Virus record (IMG/VR): IMGVR_UViG_3300028025_000089
Strand: one strand, 5' to 3'
Origin: a virus
Lineage: Duplodnaviria; Caudoviricetes
DNA: 64,000 bases
Shown in pieces: positions 25,313 to 35,547 of this stretch. How positions within the stretch are numbered: the stretch's first letter is position 1; the number at the start of each line of letters is the position of its first letter. The position numbers and the translations under genes were made by a program. Under the pieces are notes generated by a model. It made no database searches. It was not told the DNA's origin and saw nothing but the letters and a program-made list of their open reading frames with translations.

Positions 25313-25525
25313 ATGGATGAGAAGTATTTTATAGCAAGAATCACAACTGATATGGTTGATGAGAACACAGGAAAAGTGAAAAAAATGAAAGAAGAGAAAT
25401 TGGTTAAAGGTTATTCACCTACCGATGTTGAGGCGAAAGTAACAAAAGTTTACGAAAATTATTCTATGGATTGGAGAATTACAGCAATCGTTGAATCTAA
25501 AATCGATGAAGTAATCGAAGGATAA
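25313..25525 (+). CDS. small conserved hypothetical protein
   Basis: 70 aa, between protease and scaffold genes. Confidence 0.7.
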   Translation: MDEKYFIARITTDMVDENTGKVKKMKEEKLVKGYSPTDVEAKVTKVYENYSMDWRITAIVESKIDEVIEG

Positions 25526-25546
25526 AACTTCTAAGAATAAAATTTT

Positions 25547-25580
25547 AAAAGGGGAAAGACAATAGTTTTTCCCTTTTTTT
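25547..25580 (+). terminator. intrinsic terminator
   Basis: AAAAGGGGAAA...TTTTCCCTTTT plus a T run. Confidence 0.65.
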
Positions 25581-25654
25581 TGTGCCATAATATCTAAAAA
25601 ATGAATTTTTTTGATTTGTTGTGATATTTATTAGAAAAATATTTTATAAAAAGT

Positions 25655-27202
25655 ATGGCAAATAACAAAAATGTAGTAGAAGATGCTCTTTTTCAAATTA
25701 GAAATTTGGAAGAAACTCTACAAGAAAATGCAAAAGGAATACTTCAGTCTACAATGACAGAAGAAATCAGACAATTAGTAAAAGAATCTCTGAAAGAACA
25801 AGAAGATGAGGTTGAGAATGATGAAGTCGATGTTGACGATCAAGACATGATGGATGATGATGAAGTGGCTATGGATGATGATGAAATGGCTATGGATGAT
25901 GATGAAATGATGGACGATGATGAAGTGGCTATGGATGATGACGAAATGGCTATGGATGATGACGAAACAATCGACATGACTGGTGCTTCAGATGAAGAAG
26001 TTTTAAAAGTATTTAAAGCGATGGGTGATGAAGATGGAATTATCGTTAAAAAAGAGGGAGGAAATATCCACCTTCAAGACGGTGATAATGACTACATGAT
26101 CCAATTAGGTGAATCTGAAGAACAATACGAAAATATGTATGAAGTCGAAATGGACGAAGAAGAAGATGAATTCGTTGGTTTAGAAGATGAAATTTCTGAA
26201 TTCAATTGGGGTGGTGCCGCAATGGGTGCTATCAAAGGTGGTTTTGGTCTTGACGAAGAAGAAACTGTCTACGAAATTGAATTAGATGACATGGGTGACA
26301 TGATGGGAATGGAATCTAAAAAAGGTGATTTTTATGAAGAATTTGATTCTATGGAAGAAGGTATGGACATGTATACTGATTCTATGGAAGAAGGTATGGA
26401 CATGTATACTGATTCTATGGAAGAAGGTATGGACATGTATACTGATTCTTTAGAAGAAGACCTTTATGAATCAATTAAAAAATCAAAGAAAGCAAAAGGT
26501 GTTGGAATGGGTAAAGGTCCTAAATTTAGTTACGATAAAAAACCTAACATGAGTGGAGGATTCAATGAAAAAAGAAAAGAAGCTTTTGGAAAAGGAACTA
26601 AAGCAATGGGAACAGGTAAAGCTAAATTCGAATACAAAGAAGGTGAAAACATGAAAGGAGATATGACTAAAGTTAAGAAAGCTGAAACAAAAGAAGCTTC
26701 AAGAACTTTAGGTAATGGATCTAAAGATGGAAGTAGAGGTCTAAGAAAGGCGAGAACAAACAATAGAAATATGAGTTTTAACCCTTTCAAACTTCACGAA
26801 ACTGAATCTAATGGAGAAATAAACTTATTAAGAGAAAAAAATGAAGAATACAGAAAGGCTCTTGATGTGTTTAGAACAAAATTAAATGAAGTAGCAGTTT
26901 TTAATTCCAATTTAGCATACGCAACTCGTTTATTCACTGAACATTCGACAACAAAACAAGAAAAAATAAATATTCTTAAAAGATTTGATAATGTTGAGTC
27001 TTTAAAAGAATCAAAAAATCTATACAGAACAATTAAAAGTGAATTGAATTCAGGTTCTGCATCAGAAACTAAACTTAATGAGTCAATTGAAAGAACTGTA
27101 AATAGAACTGTTGAAACAGGTTCATCAGTTAATTTGATTGAATCAAAAACTTATGAAAATCCTCAATTCTTAAGAATGAAGGATTTGATGAGTAAAATAT
27201 AA
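25655..27202 (+). CDS. prohead scaffold/core protein (T4 gp22-like)
   Basis: Highly acidic coiled-coil protein directly upstream of the major capsid gene; C-terminus ENPQFLRMKDLMSKI. Confidence 0.8.
   Translation: MANNKNVVEDALFQIRNLEETLQENAKGILQSTMTEEIRQLVKESLKEQEDEVENDEVDVDDQDMMDDDEVAMDDDEMAMDDDEMMDDDEVAMDDDEMAMDDDETIDMTGASDEEVLKVFKAMGDEDGIIVKKEGGNIHLQDGDNDYMIQLGESEEQYENMYEVEMDEEEDEFVGLEDEISEFNWGGAAMGAIKGGFGLDEEETVYEIELDDMGDMMGMESKKGDFYEEFDSMEEGMDMYTDSMEEGMDMYTDSMEEGMDMYTDSLEEDLYESIKKSKKAKGVGMGKGPKFSYDKKPNMSGGFNEKRKEAFGKGTKAMGTGKAKFEYKEGENMKGDMTKVKKAETKEASRTLGNGSKDGSRGLRKARTNNRNMSFNPFKLHETESNGEINLLREKNEEYRKALDVFRTKLNEVAVFNSNLAYATRLFTEHSTTKQEKINILKRFDNVESLKESKNLYRTIKSELNSGSASETKLNESIERTVNRTVETGSSVNLIESKTYENPQFLRMKDLMSKI
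25850..25966 (+). repeat. in-frame ~21-bp repeats (MDDDEVA/MDDDEMA)
   Basis: About six degenerate units in the scaffold gene. Confidence 0.85.
26345..26458 (+). repeat. perfect 33-bp tandem repeat x3 (DSMEEGMDMYT) plus a partial copy
   Basis: GATTCTATGGAAGAAGGTATGGACATGTATACT at 26345, 26378 and 26411. Confidence 0.95.
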
Positions 27203-27238
27203 ATAAACAATAAACATAAATAATAAAAACCAAAAAAA

Positions 27239-29140
27239 ATGGGAGCATTATTAGAATCAGGTCTTGTTGGTAACATCGGGTTAAAACACCTTAAAGTTAT
27301 TAAAGAAGACACAATTAACAAATGGGACAAATTAGGCTTTTTGGATGGTCTAAAAGGTCACTTAAAAGAAAACGTAGCACAGTTATATGAAAACCAAGCT
27401 TCTTTCTTGATCAACGAAGCAACTGCTGATGGAAGTTCTAACGGAGCATTCGAAACAGTTGTTTTTCCAATCGTAAGAAGAGTTTTCTCTAAATTGTTGG
27501 CTAACGACATCGTATCAGTACAAGCTATGAACTTACCAATCGGTAAATTGTTCTACTTTGTACCAAGAATCCAAGGTTATTCAAACGCAGGATCAATTGC
27601 GGATTTCCCGAATAACCCAACAGGTGGTGATCATTACGCACCTATCGGTTCTCCTGAAGCTGTTAATTCAGGAAATGATAATCCTAACCAAGGTTATCCA
27701 GGTGGACCAGGTTATCCTTACAGAAAAGATCTTTACGATTTATTCTATGAAGGAAATGAGGCAAGTTTAGATCCTCCAGGATTATTTGACTACTCTAAAG
27801 GTAGATGGACTGCAGTTACTGCAACTGCCGCAACACAATTATGGTCTGCAGGAACTTTAGTTGACGCTCAAATTCCAGCTGGTAACACAAGAAAAGTTAT
27901 TATCAAACTTTGTGGTTTTGCTAACGCAGGTAGTGGTAAACTTATTGGTCCTGATGGTAATGAAATGGATACTGAATCTTTCCTTTCAGATCTTAAAATC
28001 TACGGTGGAGCTGGATTATCGGCATCTACAACACCATGTGACGTTATTAAAAACGGAAATAATCAATACTTACCATTGTTATTTAGAGTTGTGACTCAAA
28101 TCTACGGTAAAGGTATCGTTCAACCTACAAGTTCAAACGCACAAACACAATTTACTAATAACGGAAACAACTATAACAGCCCTTCAAATCCTCCAACAGG
28201 AAATGGTGGTAGTTACAATGATATCTGTGATAATAATGGTTGTATCTATTTAGAAGTTGATTTATCTTGTCCTGTATGTGCTGATTGTGACTCAACATCA
28301 TTAGATGGTTACACAGGAACAACTATTTTCTCTGCATCTACAGGTGGTTCATTCACAGCATGGTATAGAAGATATGCTAACCTTGAGTTTGAAGATCAAA
28401 TTGGTGAGGTTTCTTTCGACTTAGAATCTGTAACAGTTTCTGTAACTGAAAGAAAACTAAGAGCACAATGGTCTCCTGAATTAGCTCAAGACGTTGCTGC
28501 ATTCCACAACATCGACGCTGAAGCTGAATTGACAGCATTGTTGTCAGAGCAAGTAGCGGCTGAGATCGACCGTGAAATTTTACGTGACTTACGTAAAGGT
28601 GCGGCTTGGAACTTACGTTGGGACTACAACGGATGGAGAAGAATTAACGCTACTACATCTTACACTCAAAAAGACTGGAACCAAACTTTGATTACAGCAA
28701 TCAACCAATTGTCAGCACAAATCCACAAATCTACATTGAGAGGTGGTGCTAACTGGATCGTTGTATCTTCTGAGGTTTCTGCAATCTTTGATGACTTAGA
28801 ATACTTCCACGTATCTAACGCGGCTCCTGAGCAAGATCAATACAACATGGGTATTGAAAGAGTTGGAACATTATCAGGTCGTTACCAAGTTTACCGTGAT
28901 CCTTACTTCCCACCAAACCAAGTTTTGATCGGACACAAAGGAACTTCATTGTTAGACACAGGTTACATTTACGCACCGTATGTTCCTCTACAATTAACAC
29001 CTACAATGTATAACCCATTCAACTTCACACCTATCAAAGGTATTATGACAAGATACGCTAAGAAAATGGTTAACAACCGTTTCTACGGACGTATCACAGT
29101 TGATGGAGTTAGAACATTCGACTTAAGAGAATTGAGATAA
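27239..29140 (+). CDS. major capsid protein (T4 gp23-like)
   Basis: PIVRRV, VQAM..P.GKLFY, RKLRAQWSPELAQD, AEAELTALLSEQVAAEIDREI, YAPYVPL, GIMTRYA; C-ending codon bias. Confidence 0.96.
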   Translation: MGALLESGLVGNIGLKHLKVIKEDTINKWDKLGFLDGLKGHLKENVAQLYENQASFLINEATADGSSNGAFETVVFPIVRRVFSKLLANDIVSVQAMNLPIGKLFYFVPRIQGYSNAGSIADFPNNPTGGDHYAPIGSPEAVNSGNDNPNQGYPGGPGYPYRKDLYDLFYEGNEASLDPPGLFDYSKGRWTAVTATAATQLWSAGTLVDAQIPAGNTRKVIIKLCGFANAGSGKLIGPDGNEMDTESFLSDLKIYGGAGLSASTTPCDVIKNGNNQYLPLLFRVVTQIYGKGIVQPTSSNAQTQFTNNGNNYNSPSNPPTGNGGSYNDICDNNGCIYLEVDLSCPVCADCDSTSLDGYTGTTIFSASTGGSFTAWYRRYANLEFEDQIGEVSFDLESVTVSVTERKLRAQWSPELAQDVAAFHNIDAEAELTALLSEQVAAEIDREILRDLRKGAAWNLRWDYNGWRRINATTSYTQKDWNQTLITAINQLSAQIHKSTLRGGANWIVVSSEVSAIFDDLEYFHVSNAAPEQDQYNMGIERVGTLSGRYQVYRDPYFPPNQVLIGHKGTSLLDTGYIYAPYVPLQLTPTMYNPFNFTPIKGIMTRYAKKMVNNRFYGRITVDGVRTFDLRELR

Positions 29141-29162
29141 TCAATATCTTAAAAATAACATT

Positions 29163-29190
29163 AAAGGGACAAGAAATTGTCCCTTTTTTT
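29163..29190 (+). terminator. major capsid gene terminator
   Basis: AAAGGGACAA-gaaa-TTGTCCCTTT plus a T run. Confidence 0.85.
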
Positions 29191-29392
29191 ATTTTAATAA
29201 AGTTCTAATTGCTTTTGAGATAACTTCTGATTCACCGATTGTAAAAGATCCTTTTCTATGGGCAGACTTCACAGATTCAACTAAATAATAGAGTGCGTGT
29301 TCATTATCCATAGTGGATAATATAAGTTCTAAATGTTCTTCAGATAATAAATCTATCGTCCCAAAAAGATTTCCGTATTTTTCTTGTTCCAT
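29189..29392 (-). CDS. small hypothetical protein
   Basis: 67-aa ORF, convergent on the capsid terminator. Confidence 0.6.
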   Translation of the reverse strand: MEQEKYGNLFGTIDLLSEEHLELILSTMDNEHALYYLVESVKSAHRKGSFTIGESEVISKAIRTLLK

Positions 29393-29426
29393 AACTCAAA
29401 TATAAGATATTTATAATTATAATCAA

Positions 29427-30371
29427 ATGAATAAGTTAGATCAAATAATTAAAAAGGTCATTAAAGAGGCTACTGGTGATAGTAGTGGTAGTAGAGGAAG
29501 TTACGCACCACCGATGCAACCTGGTCTTAGATATTGGGAAGATTCATCTTTAGGTCCTTTTACTGATGCGGTGTCAGACTTTAAAAGTCCTTTAGTTCAG
29601 TATGATAGTTATGATGAAAAATTCGATCTTAGAAGAAACCAAATTATTAAATTAGAAAAAAAAGCGGCCAAAATACAAGATTTTATCAAACATCACCCAT
29701 ATTCAACATTTTCAGATGATGATGGTAATCCTGTAAATCCATACATGCAAGACGGGTTTAATCCAAATGTAAAAGAAAAATTGTCACCATTTACGGAAAA
29801 AGTTCCTTTTAATGAATGGATAGAGTTGTCCGATGATAATTTATTAAATGAGACTAGCACTACAGTTACCGCAGGTCCATACAATGCACCTTTAGAAATT
29901 GGTATTTATAAATGGAAAAATGAGTTAGACCCTTTTACCGATTCTGTCGATTCATTTTATAATAGAACAATTAAAAAAAACACTCTTAAAAATAATATAA
30001 AAAGAACGGTTGGTGTTTGGGAAAAAGATAATAATGGATCATATAAAAGAGATATAGATTATCCTGACACAATTAATGAAGATTTAGCCGTGTGGTTTGG
30101 GACAAAGAAGAAACCTAAAGGATCTTCTCAACCAAAAGGACCGTGGGTAAACATTTGTCGTAAAGTCGACGGAAAACACCCCCCTTGTGGTAGAACGGAT
30201 ACAAGTAAAGGGGCTTACCCAAAATGTCGAGCGGCTGGTGTGGCATCTAAAATGAGTGATTCTCAAAAAAGATCTGCTTGTCAACAAAAAAGAAGAGCTG
30301 AAAAGAGAGATACTCAAACAGGTAAAGGTCAAAAACCTGTCATGACAAGTTATAAACCAAGAAAAAAATAA
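29427..30371 (+). CDS. hypothetical head-associated protein with a C-terminal Cys/basic domain
   Basis: 314 aa; GPWVNIC...PCGR...YPKCR...C.QKRR. Confidence 0.7.
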   Translation: MNKLDQIIKKVIKEATGDSSGSRGSYAPPMQPGLRYWEDSSLGPFTDAVSDFKSPLVQYDSYDEKFDLRRNQIIKLEKKAAKIQDFIKHHPYSTFSDDDGNPVNPYMQDGFNPNVKEKLSPFTEKVPFNEWIELSDDNLLNETSTTVTAGPYNAPLEIGIYKWKNELDPFTDSVDSFYNRTIKKNTLKNNIKRTVGVWEKDNNGSYKRDIDYPDTINEDLAVWFGTKKKPKGSSQPKGPWVNICRKVDGKHPPCGRTDTSKGAYPKCRAAGVASKMSDSQKRSACQQKRRAEKRDTQTGKGQKPVMTSYKPRKK

Positions 30372-30376
30372 TTATT

Positions 30377-30841
30377 ATGAATATAAATAGATTTAAACAA
30401 CTTTTAGAATCAAATATGGGTAGTGTAAAACCACTATTAGTTGAACAAGTAAAAACAGGTAGTGCTTTAGGACCTATTAATTGCTATAAATTAGTTGACA
30501 TTAGAAAAATGAGTGAAGGAACTCCATCAATTGAAATAGGGTCCTCAGTTGTGAATAACATTACACAAGAAGAACCTGGACTTTGGAGTGTTGTGGTTGA
30601 AGTTCAAAATCCATCTATGATTCCTGACAGTCCTGTAGGTGAAGTTCAAACAGAATATGAATTAGATATTGTTCCTTTATCAAGATTTTTTAAAAGTCAA
30701 TTAAACGCTGAAAATCCTGTAGATTCTAAACAAATGATTGTGTTAACTTATGATTCTACAGGACAAAAACATTTTTGTAAGGCTAAAGACCCAAACGATC
30801 AAGCAAATATAGTTGCCGTAAATCCTGCTAGTGGAGGATAG
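30377..30841 (+). CDS. hypothetical protein
   Basis: 154 aa; N-terminus MNINRFKQLLES...PLLVEQ. Confidence 0.65.
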   Translation: MNINRFKQLLESNMGSVKPLLVEQVKTGSALGPINCYKLVDIRKMSEGTPSIEIGSSVVNNITQEEPGLWSVVVEVQNPSMIPDSPVGEVQTEYELDIVPLSRFFKSQLNAENPVDSKQMIVLTYDSTGQKHFCKAKDPNDQANIVAVNPASGG

Positions 30842-31105
30842 TTATTTTAATTTTAGACCTATTTTTTGATCTAATTCTTCATAAGAAAAAACAAAATTTT
30901 GGTAAAAATAATTTCTTTCTTCTTGAGTCCAAGTTGAGATTATCAATGCATCTTCATCCAAACTTTTTTGTATTTTTTGAAGTTTAGTTAGAGTATCTGA
31001 ATTAGTAATTGAATTTACAGAATAAGCGTCACAACCTGCGTTTTTAGAAGTTTTACAACTAAGTAATGTTAATGATAAAATAGTTACAAATAATAGACTT
31101 TTCAT
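30842..31105 (-). CDS. small lipoprotein
   Basis: Signal peptide with lipobox TLLS-C. Confidence 0.65.
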   Translation of the reverse strand: MKSLLFVTILSLTLLSCKTSKNAGCDAYSVNSITNSDTLTKLQKIQKSLDEDALIISTWTQEERNYFYQNFVFSYEELDQKIGLKLK

Positions 31106-31107
31106 TT

Positions 31108-31539
31108 TTATTGATCTTTTTCGGTTTCTTTAATTATTGCTTCATATACTTTATCTAACGTATTTTTTACATTAGACTTAATTGTTAATTCAGTGTTTGA
31201 TCTTCTTTTTTCAGTTTCTGTATCATATAAATATGTAACCCTTTCAAAATCTCTATTCGAAAGTCTAACATCATAATGAAAAACGTGATTTGTTATTTCG
31301 ACTCTTCCATAGTCAATTATAATAAAAAGATTTAACTTTTCATTAATTATAAATCTTTTTTGAGACATGGGTGCGATCATAAAATCTGAATCTTTATCAG
31401 AAATTAATTTTACACAAATTTTAAATGCAGTTTTTTCATGTAACTCGACTTCTTCATAAGTCCTCATTGACGAAGTTCTGCCAATTTTACTTAATCTTAC
31501 TTTAAATCGTTTGTAGAACCTGTTGAATAATTTTTTCAT
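31108..31539 (-). CDS. hypothetical protein
   Basis: 143 aa; TAtaTTTG on the minus strand at 31567-31560. Confidence 0.7.
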   Translation of the reverse strand: MKKLFNRFYKRFKVRLSKIGRTSSMRTYEEVELHEKTAFKICVKLISDKDSDFMIAPMSQKRFIINEKLNLFIIIDYGRVEITNHVFHYDVRLSNRDFERVTYLYDTETEKRRSNTELTIKSNVKNTLDKVYEAIIKETEKDQ

Positions 31540-31632
31540 ACGTTTGTTTTATTGTTCTACAAATATATGAATTAATTAGATTAAAAAAAAATTTTTAGAA
31601 AAAAATTTCTCAAAAAAGTGGTTTTAATTTTT

Positions 31633-32076
31633 TTAACAATAAGGGGGGGAACATTTTTTCTTTCCGTCTAATCCTTTGATTTTACCTTTACATACTTGAA
31701 TGGCGTGGCCATTAGCGTAAGCTGAGGGATATACGTCATATTTTGACTTAGCAGATGCCTTACCTCTAGCACAAAGTTTTGTTCCTGTTTTTTTTCGACC
31801 TTCCATCATCATGTCATCAGAATGATCTTCACCCTCCACTTCATTCATTATAAAATCAAAAACTTGATCCATATTGTTTTTTGCTTCAGCGATATGATCT
31901 TGAGCCCAATCATGTCCATGTTCTAATATTTCTTCAATCATTGATTGATCCATATCTAACAATAAATCACATTGTCTTCTCATTTGTTCTAAATTTGAAA
32001 AGAACATATATCTTGAAGATTTTTCTTCGTGAGTTTCTCTAATAACTTTTCTAATGATTGAGTTTAAATTTTTCAT
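31633..32076 (-). CDS. hypothetical protein with a C-terminal YPSAYA motif (DUF5872-like)
   Basis: LCARGKASAKSKYDVYPSAYANG. Confidence 0.6.
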   Translation of the reverse strand: MKNLNSIIRKVIRETHEEKSSRYMFFSNLEQMRRQCDLLLDMDQSMIEEILEHGHDWAQDHIAEAKNNMDQVFDFIMNEVEGEDHSDDMMMEGRKKTGTKLCARGKASAKSKYDVYPSAYANGHAIQVCKGKIKGLDGKKKCSPPYC

Positions 32077-32079
32077 ATA

Positions 32080-32454
32080 TTAGTTGTTTAAACCATTTGG
32101 TCCTCCTAACTGAACCGCATTTAATTGTGTAACGGCATTTCCATTATTGTTTGTCCAAACAGGGTGTGGAAATTCTAAAGTGACCGTATTACCACTACAA
32201 TCTAATGTGCAAAGAGTGTATGCGGTATTTGCAGACAACGGAATAAACTCATTACAGTCATAACAAGAATCAAATAAAGATCCAATATTATATACGGGAC
32301 CAGGACCTGTTGATCCACTAACAAATGTTGCACATAGTGTAGTTCCTGTTAAACTTACAGAATAAGTTTCACCTGTCGTTGGTGTTAACCCTGCAGTATC
32401 CACCTTAATGTAAACTCCAGGTTGAAAACACACTTCAAATCTTTCTATTGCCAT
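32080..32454 (-). CDS. putative virion structural protein
   Basis: 124 aa, Thr/Gly/Cys-rich; late motif at 32467. Confidence 0.6.
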   Translation of the reverse strand: MAIERFEVCFQPGVYIKVDTAGLTPTTGETYSVSLTGTTLCATFVSGSTGPGPVYNIGSLFDSCYDCNEFIPLSANTAYTLCTLDCSGNTVTLEFPHPVWTNNNGNAVTQLNAVQLGGPNGLNN

Positions 32455-32479
32455 AATATTTTATTTAATAAATATCTCT

Positions 32480-33949
32480 TTATTCTGATTTAACATTTAC
32501 AATAAAGAAATTAATTTGTTGTTTGTAAACATTAATCTGACCTGAAGTGGTCACTTTAATATCCACAAAGTATTCATTTGGTATTTTGTCTCTTGTGTCA
32601 AACATGAAATAATACTCATTTGGAGTTCTATTCAAAGTTGTCCAATCTTGAACGACAACCTCAGTTGTTCCCTCTTTTACATACACTCTATACTGACCAT
32701 CCACATTCGGAAGTTGTTTATTAGTGGTATATGCTTGTTTAATAATAACCCCAACTTTTCTAATGTCTGTATTTAATATTCTCTCATCTTGTTTTAACCC
32801 ATAATAAGAAAATCCGTATTGTGATGGATCGTTTGTGTTTGTTCCAATTTGAATTGATTTTTTAAATGGATATAATACAAATTCATTAACTTGGTTAGGT
32901 AAATTGAATCCATTTAATTCAATGTTGGACCAAGTATCTGTAAATGTGCAAGGTGTTTGATAACCAATTAATGGGGGTAATGTAACCTCATAAACCCCTC
33001 TTGTTCTTAAACATGTTGGAAGATTTTGAAGTCCTTGAATTGGGTTTCCTTGTGAGTCAGAAATTGAAACTAAAGGATTTTGATCCAAATTAATAAAATT
33101 ACCATCTTCATAAATGTATAGATATAATTTATTTGATTTTCCCATAGAAAAATTATTTCTATCATCTTCGATCAAATCATTGTATGTTGTTAGAAGGTAT
33201 GGTTCATAGAATGTTTGAGTATGTCTAGTGAAAAACCCAACTGAATATGTTCCTGTGGTCCCTGATAAATTTTCAACTTGAGGTAAATAAGCAATACCCC
33301 AACCTCTTGGGTTTTGAATAGCTCCACTTAAAACATTATTTATTTCTGAAGTCATATCAAACTCAATATCTTCATTACCAAATTCAAAGTGTTGTATATC
33401 AACAATTGTAATAGATGAAAATGGAACTAAACCTTGATTTCTATTATCATATATTCCTGCTTGCTGCCAATCATTAATAGTTGTTCTTTCAAACCAATTT
33501 GATGGTCTAACAGAATATGATCTATTTGGACCTAATGGTTCAGGTATATCATAAAAATCATACCCAACACCTTCGTCCCAAGTTTGAGGAAGTGCTGGAT
33601 CAAAATTAACAGGAGGTATTCTAAAAAGTATTAAATCAAATGAAGTTGCTCTCATACTACCATCAGGCATTGAGGTATTTAATAGTTCATTATTAAATGA
33701 TGAGGTATTTGTCATCTTTAATGTATGAGTCATTTCACTATTTAAACAATTTGTGGAAATTATACCTTGAGCGATTTTTTCTCTTAATGAAGTTAAATCT
33801 ATATCAAAGATAAAACGTGAATAACCAACAGGGTTTGCTAAACCACCGTCCCCATAGTAAAGTTGCATAACAGGATTTCTTCCTGTGTTAACATAACTAT
33901 TATATACTATCGTGTTGTTTCTACTAAAGTAGGAGTTATGAATTGACAT
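32480..33949 (-). CDS. putative tail/baseplate structural protein
   Basis: 489 aa, beta-rich composition; late motif at 33962. Confidence 0.6.
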   Translation of the reverse strand: MSIHNSYFSRNNTIVYNSYVNTGRNPVMQLYYGDGGLANPVGYSRFIFDIDLTSLREKIAQGIISTNCLNSEMTHTLKMTNTSSFNNELLNTSMPDGSMRATSFDLILFRIPPVNFDPALPQTWDEGVGYDFYDIPEPLGPNRSYSVRPSNWFERTTINDWQQAGIYDNRNQGLVPFSSITIVDIQHFEFGNEDIEFDMTSEINNVLSGAIQNPRGWGIAYLPQVENLSGTTGTYSVGFFTRHTQTFYEPYLLTTYNDLIEDDRNNFSMGKSNKLYLYIYEDGNFINLDQNPLVSISDSQGNPIQGLQNLPTCLRTRGVYEVTLPPLIGYQTPCTFTDTWSNIELNGFNLPNQVNEFVLYPFKKSIQIGTNTNDPSQYGFSYYGLKQDERILNTDIRKVGVIIKQAYTTNKQLPNVDGQYRVYVKEGTTEVVVQDWTTLNRTPNEYYFMFDTRDKIPNEYFVDIKVTTSGQINVYKQQINFFIVNVKSE

Positions 33950-33969
33950 TTAGTTTTTCTTTATAAATA

Positions 33970-35547
33970 TCAATTAATTCGAATATTTTGATTTAATATT
34001 GAATTATCTGCGTCTTGTAAAATTTTGTTAATTTCATCTAACTTGGTTCCATCAGTTCCTATTGGAATTGGGGCTTCGTTTATATTGTGAACATGTGATC
34101 CTAAAAATTTAACAATTAACGTAAGAAGTTTCATTAATTCATTTCCTCTTACCATTGGATCTGTATTTGGTAAAATTTGTTCTGTAAAATATTCTTGTGG
34201 AATACCGTATAGAGTTTCTTTTGGTTGTAGGTTGATTTTACTTTTGGATGGTATATCTGTTTTATGAGATAAAAAATAAATAAAATCTGACGCCAATGTT
34301 CCGTAAGAAACAGGATTTGGTGTGTAAACGTTTTGTCTTAAAGTTTCGGTTTGTAATGTTAATTGTGGACCAACAACGTTTTTTGACCAAACTAATGCAC
34401 TACCAAATTCTCTATCTGATGGTAATAGTTTTATTTTTCTAAAAAAATTATTAATCATATTAAAATCTGTAGTTCCCGTCGACGATAATCTATCAACACT
34501 ATCTTTTGATGGTCTAAAATAAAAAGGAAATTGTTTTTCTAATCTTGTATTGTTTTCTAATGGAAATTGTGTATACCCATCAACATTAATTTTCCCTTGA
34601 TTAACACCATTTATAAATTGATTAATAATCTTAACCCCTTCATCCAAAGTTTTTCCTGTAAATTCCAAAGTATATTCAGGACCACTTTTATATTGATCTA
34701 ATGGTGTTGTCATATCAATTTCGGTAGTTTTGGTTTGGTCTTTTGGAAGTAACGAATATAATTTAATATTACCATTATATGTCGTTGTCCCTGTAACTCC
34801 ACCACCGCTGGTAAAACCCGTCAACGTAAATTCATCCGTAATGTCCCACTCAATTAATTTTTTAACTAACTGAGGAAGGTTAGAAAAAAATCTTTTTTTA
34901 ATTGGGTCTGTTTCTTTTTTTTCTTGATCGTAAATTGATATTTGTAAAAAACTTCTATTTTGTCTTGGTGTTGGTAAATTAAATTCTGCGGTTTGTGTTG
35001 TGATGTTTTTTCCTGCTCTAATTAAAACTTCATTTTGTTTAACAATAACATCAGAAGTCCCTCGACCTAAAATTGCATTATCACCTGGCTCAGGATATAT
35101 ACCTTTTGAGTTTCCTTTATTTTCAAAAGTTAAAGGATCTTTTATATTGTTGGCTTGTTTTAAAAACTCACCACTTGCCAACATTGATTCTGAGTTATGC
35201 CAATTTTCAAAAAAGTTGTTTTGAGGTCTTGTAATTGGCCCTTGAATATAAAATTTTGAGTTGTCAATTGTTTGATTTGTGTTATAGAAAAATATATGAA
35301 TATATTCATCAACTTTTGGAACTTGACTTATATAGTAAGGTAATAGTGGTAAATAAATTAATGGGTCTCTTAAAGTCCATATATCTTTTTCAGGGTCCCA
35401 ATCTTCAGGTAAAACGTCTGATTCAACCTCATCAACAGGAAGTGCACGAATTCTACCAAGCATCAAAGGATCTTGATTGTTAATTACAAAACCTTGAAAA
35501 ATTATTTTGTCGTGTAATGCTTCAGTTATTTTACCTTTTAAACTCAT
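33970..35547 (-). CDS. baseplate hub/spike protein (gp5/gpV OB-fold-like)
   Basis: V.NNQDP.MLGRIRA N-terminus, PK.DE.V, H.HN near the C-terminus. Confidence 0.65.
   Translation of the reverse strand: MSLKGKITEALHDKIIFQGFVINNQDPLMLGRIRALPVDEVESDVLPEDWDPEKDIWTLRDPLIYLPLLPYYISQVPKVDEYIHIFFYNTNQTIDNSKFYIQGPITRPQNNFFENWHNSESMLASGEFLKQANNIKDPLTFENKGNSKGIYPEPGDNAILGRGTSDVIVKQNEVLIRAGKNITTQTAEFNLPTPRQNRSFLQISIYDQEKKETDPIKKRFFSNLPQLVKKLIEWDITDEFTLTGFTSGGGVTGTTTYNGNIKLYSLLPKDQTKTTEIDMTTPLDQYKSGPEYTLEFTGKTLDEGVKIINQFINGVNQGKINVDGYTQFPLENNTRLEKQFPFYFRPSKDSVDRLSSTGTTDFNMINNFFRKIKLLPSDREFGSALVWSKNVVGPQLTLQTETLRQNVYTPNPVSYGTLASDFIYFLSHKTDIPSKSKINLQPKETLYGIPQEYFTEQILPNTDPMVRGNELMKLLTLIVKFLGSHVHNINEAPIPIGTDGTKLDEINKILQDADNSILNQNIRIN

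Noticed and set aside
26345-26458. CRISPR-like look of the 33-bp repeats (also the fibre gene repeats)
   Set aside because: The repeats are contiguous and in frame with no unique spacers, and no cas genes are present.
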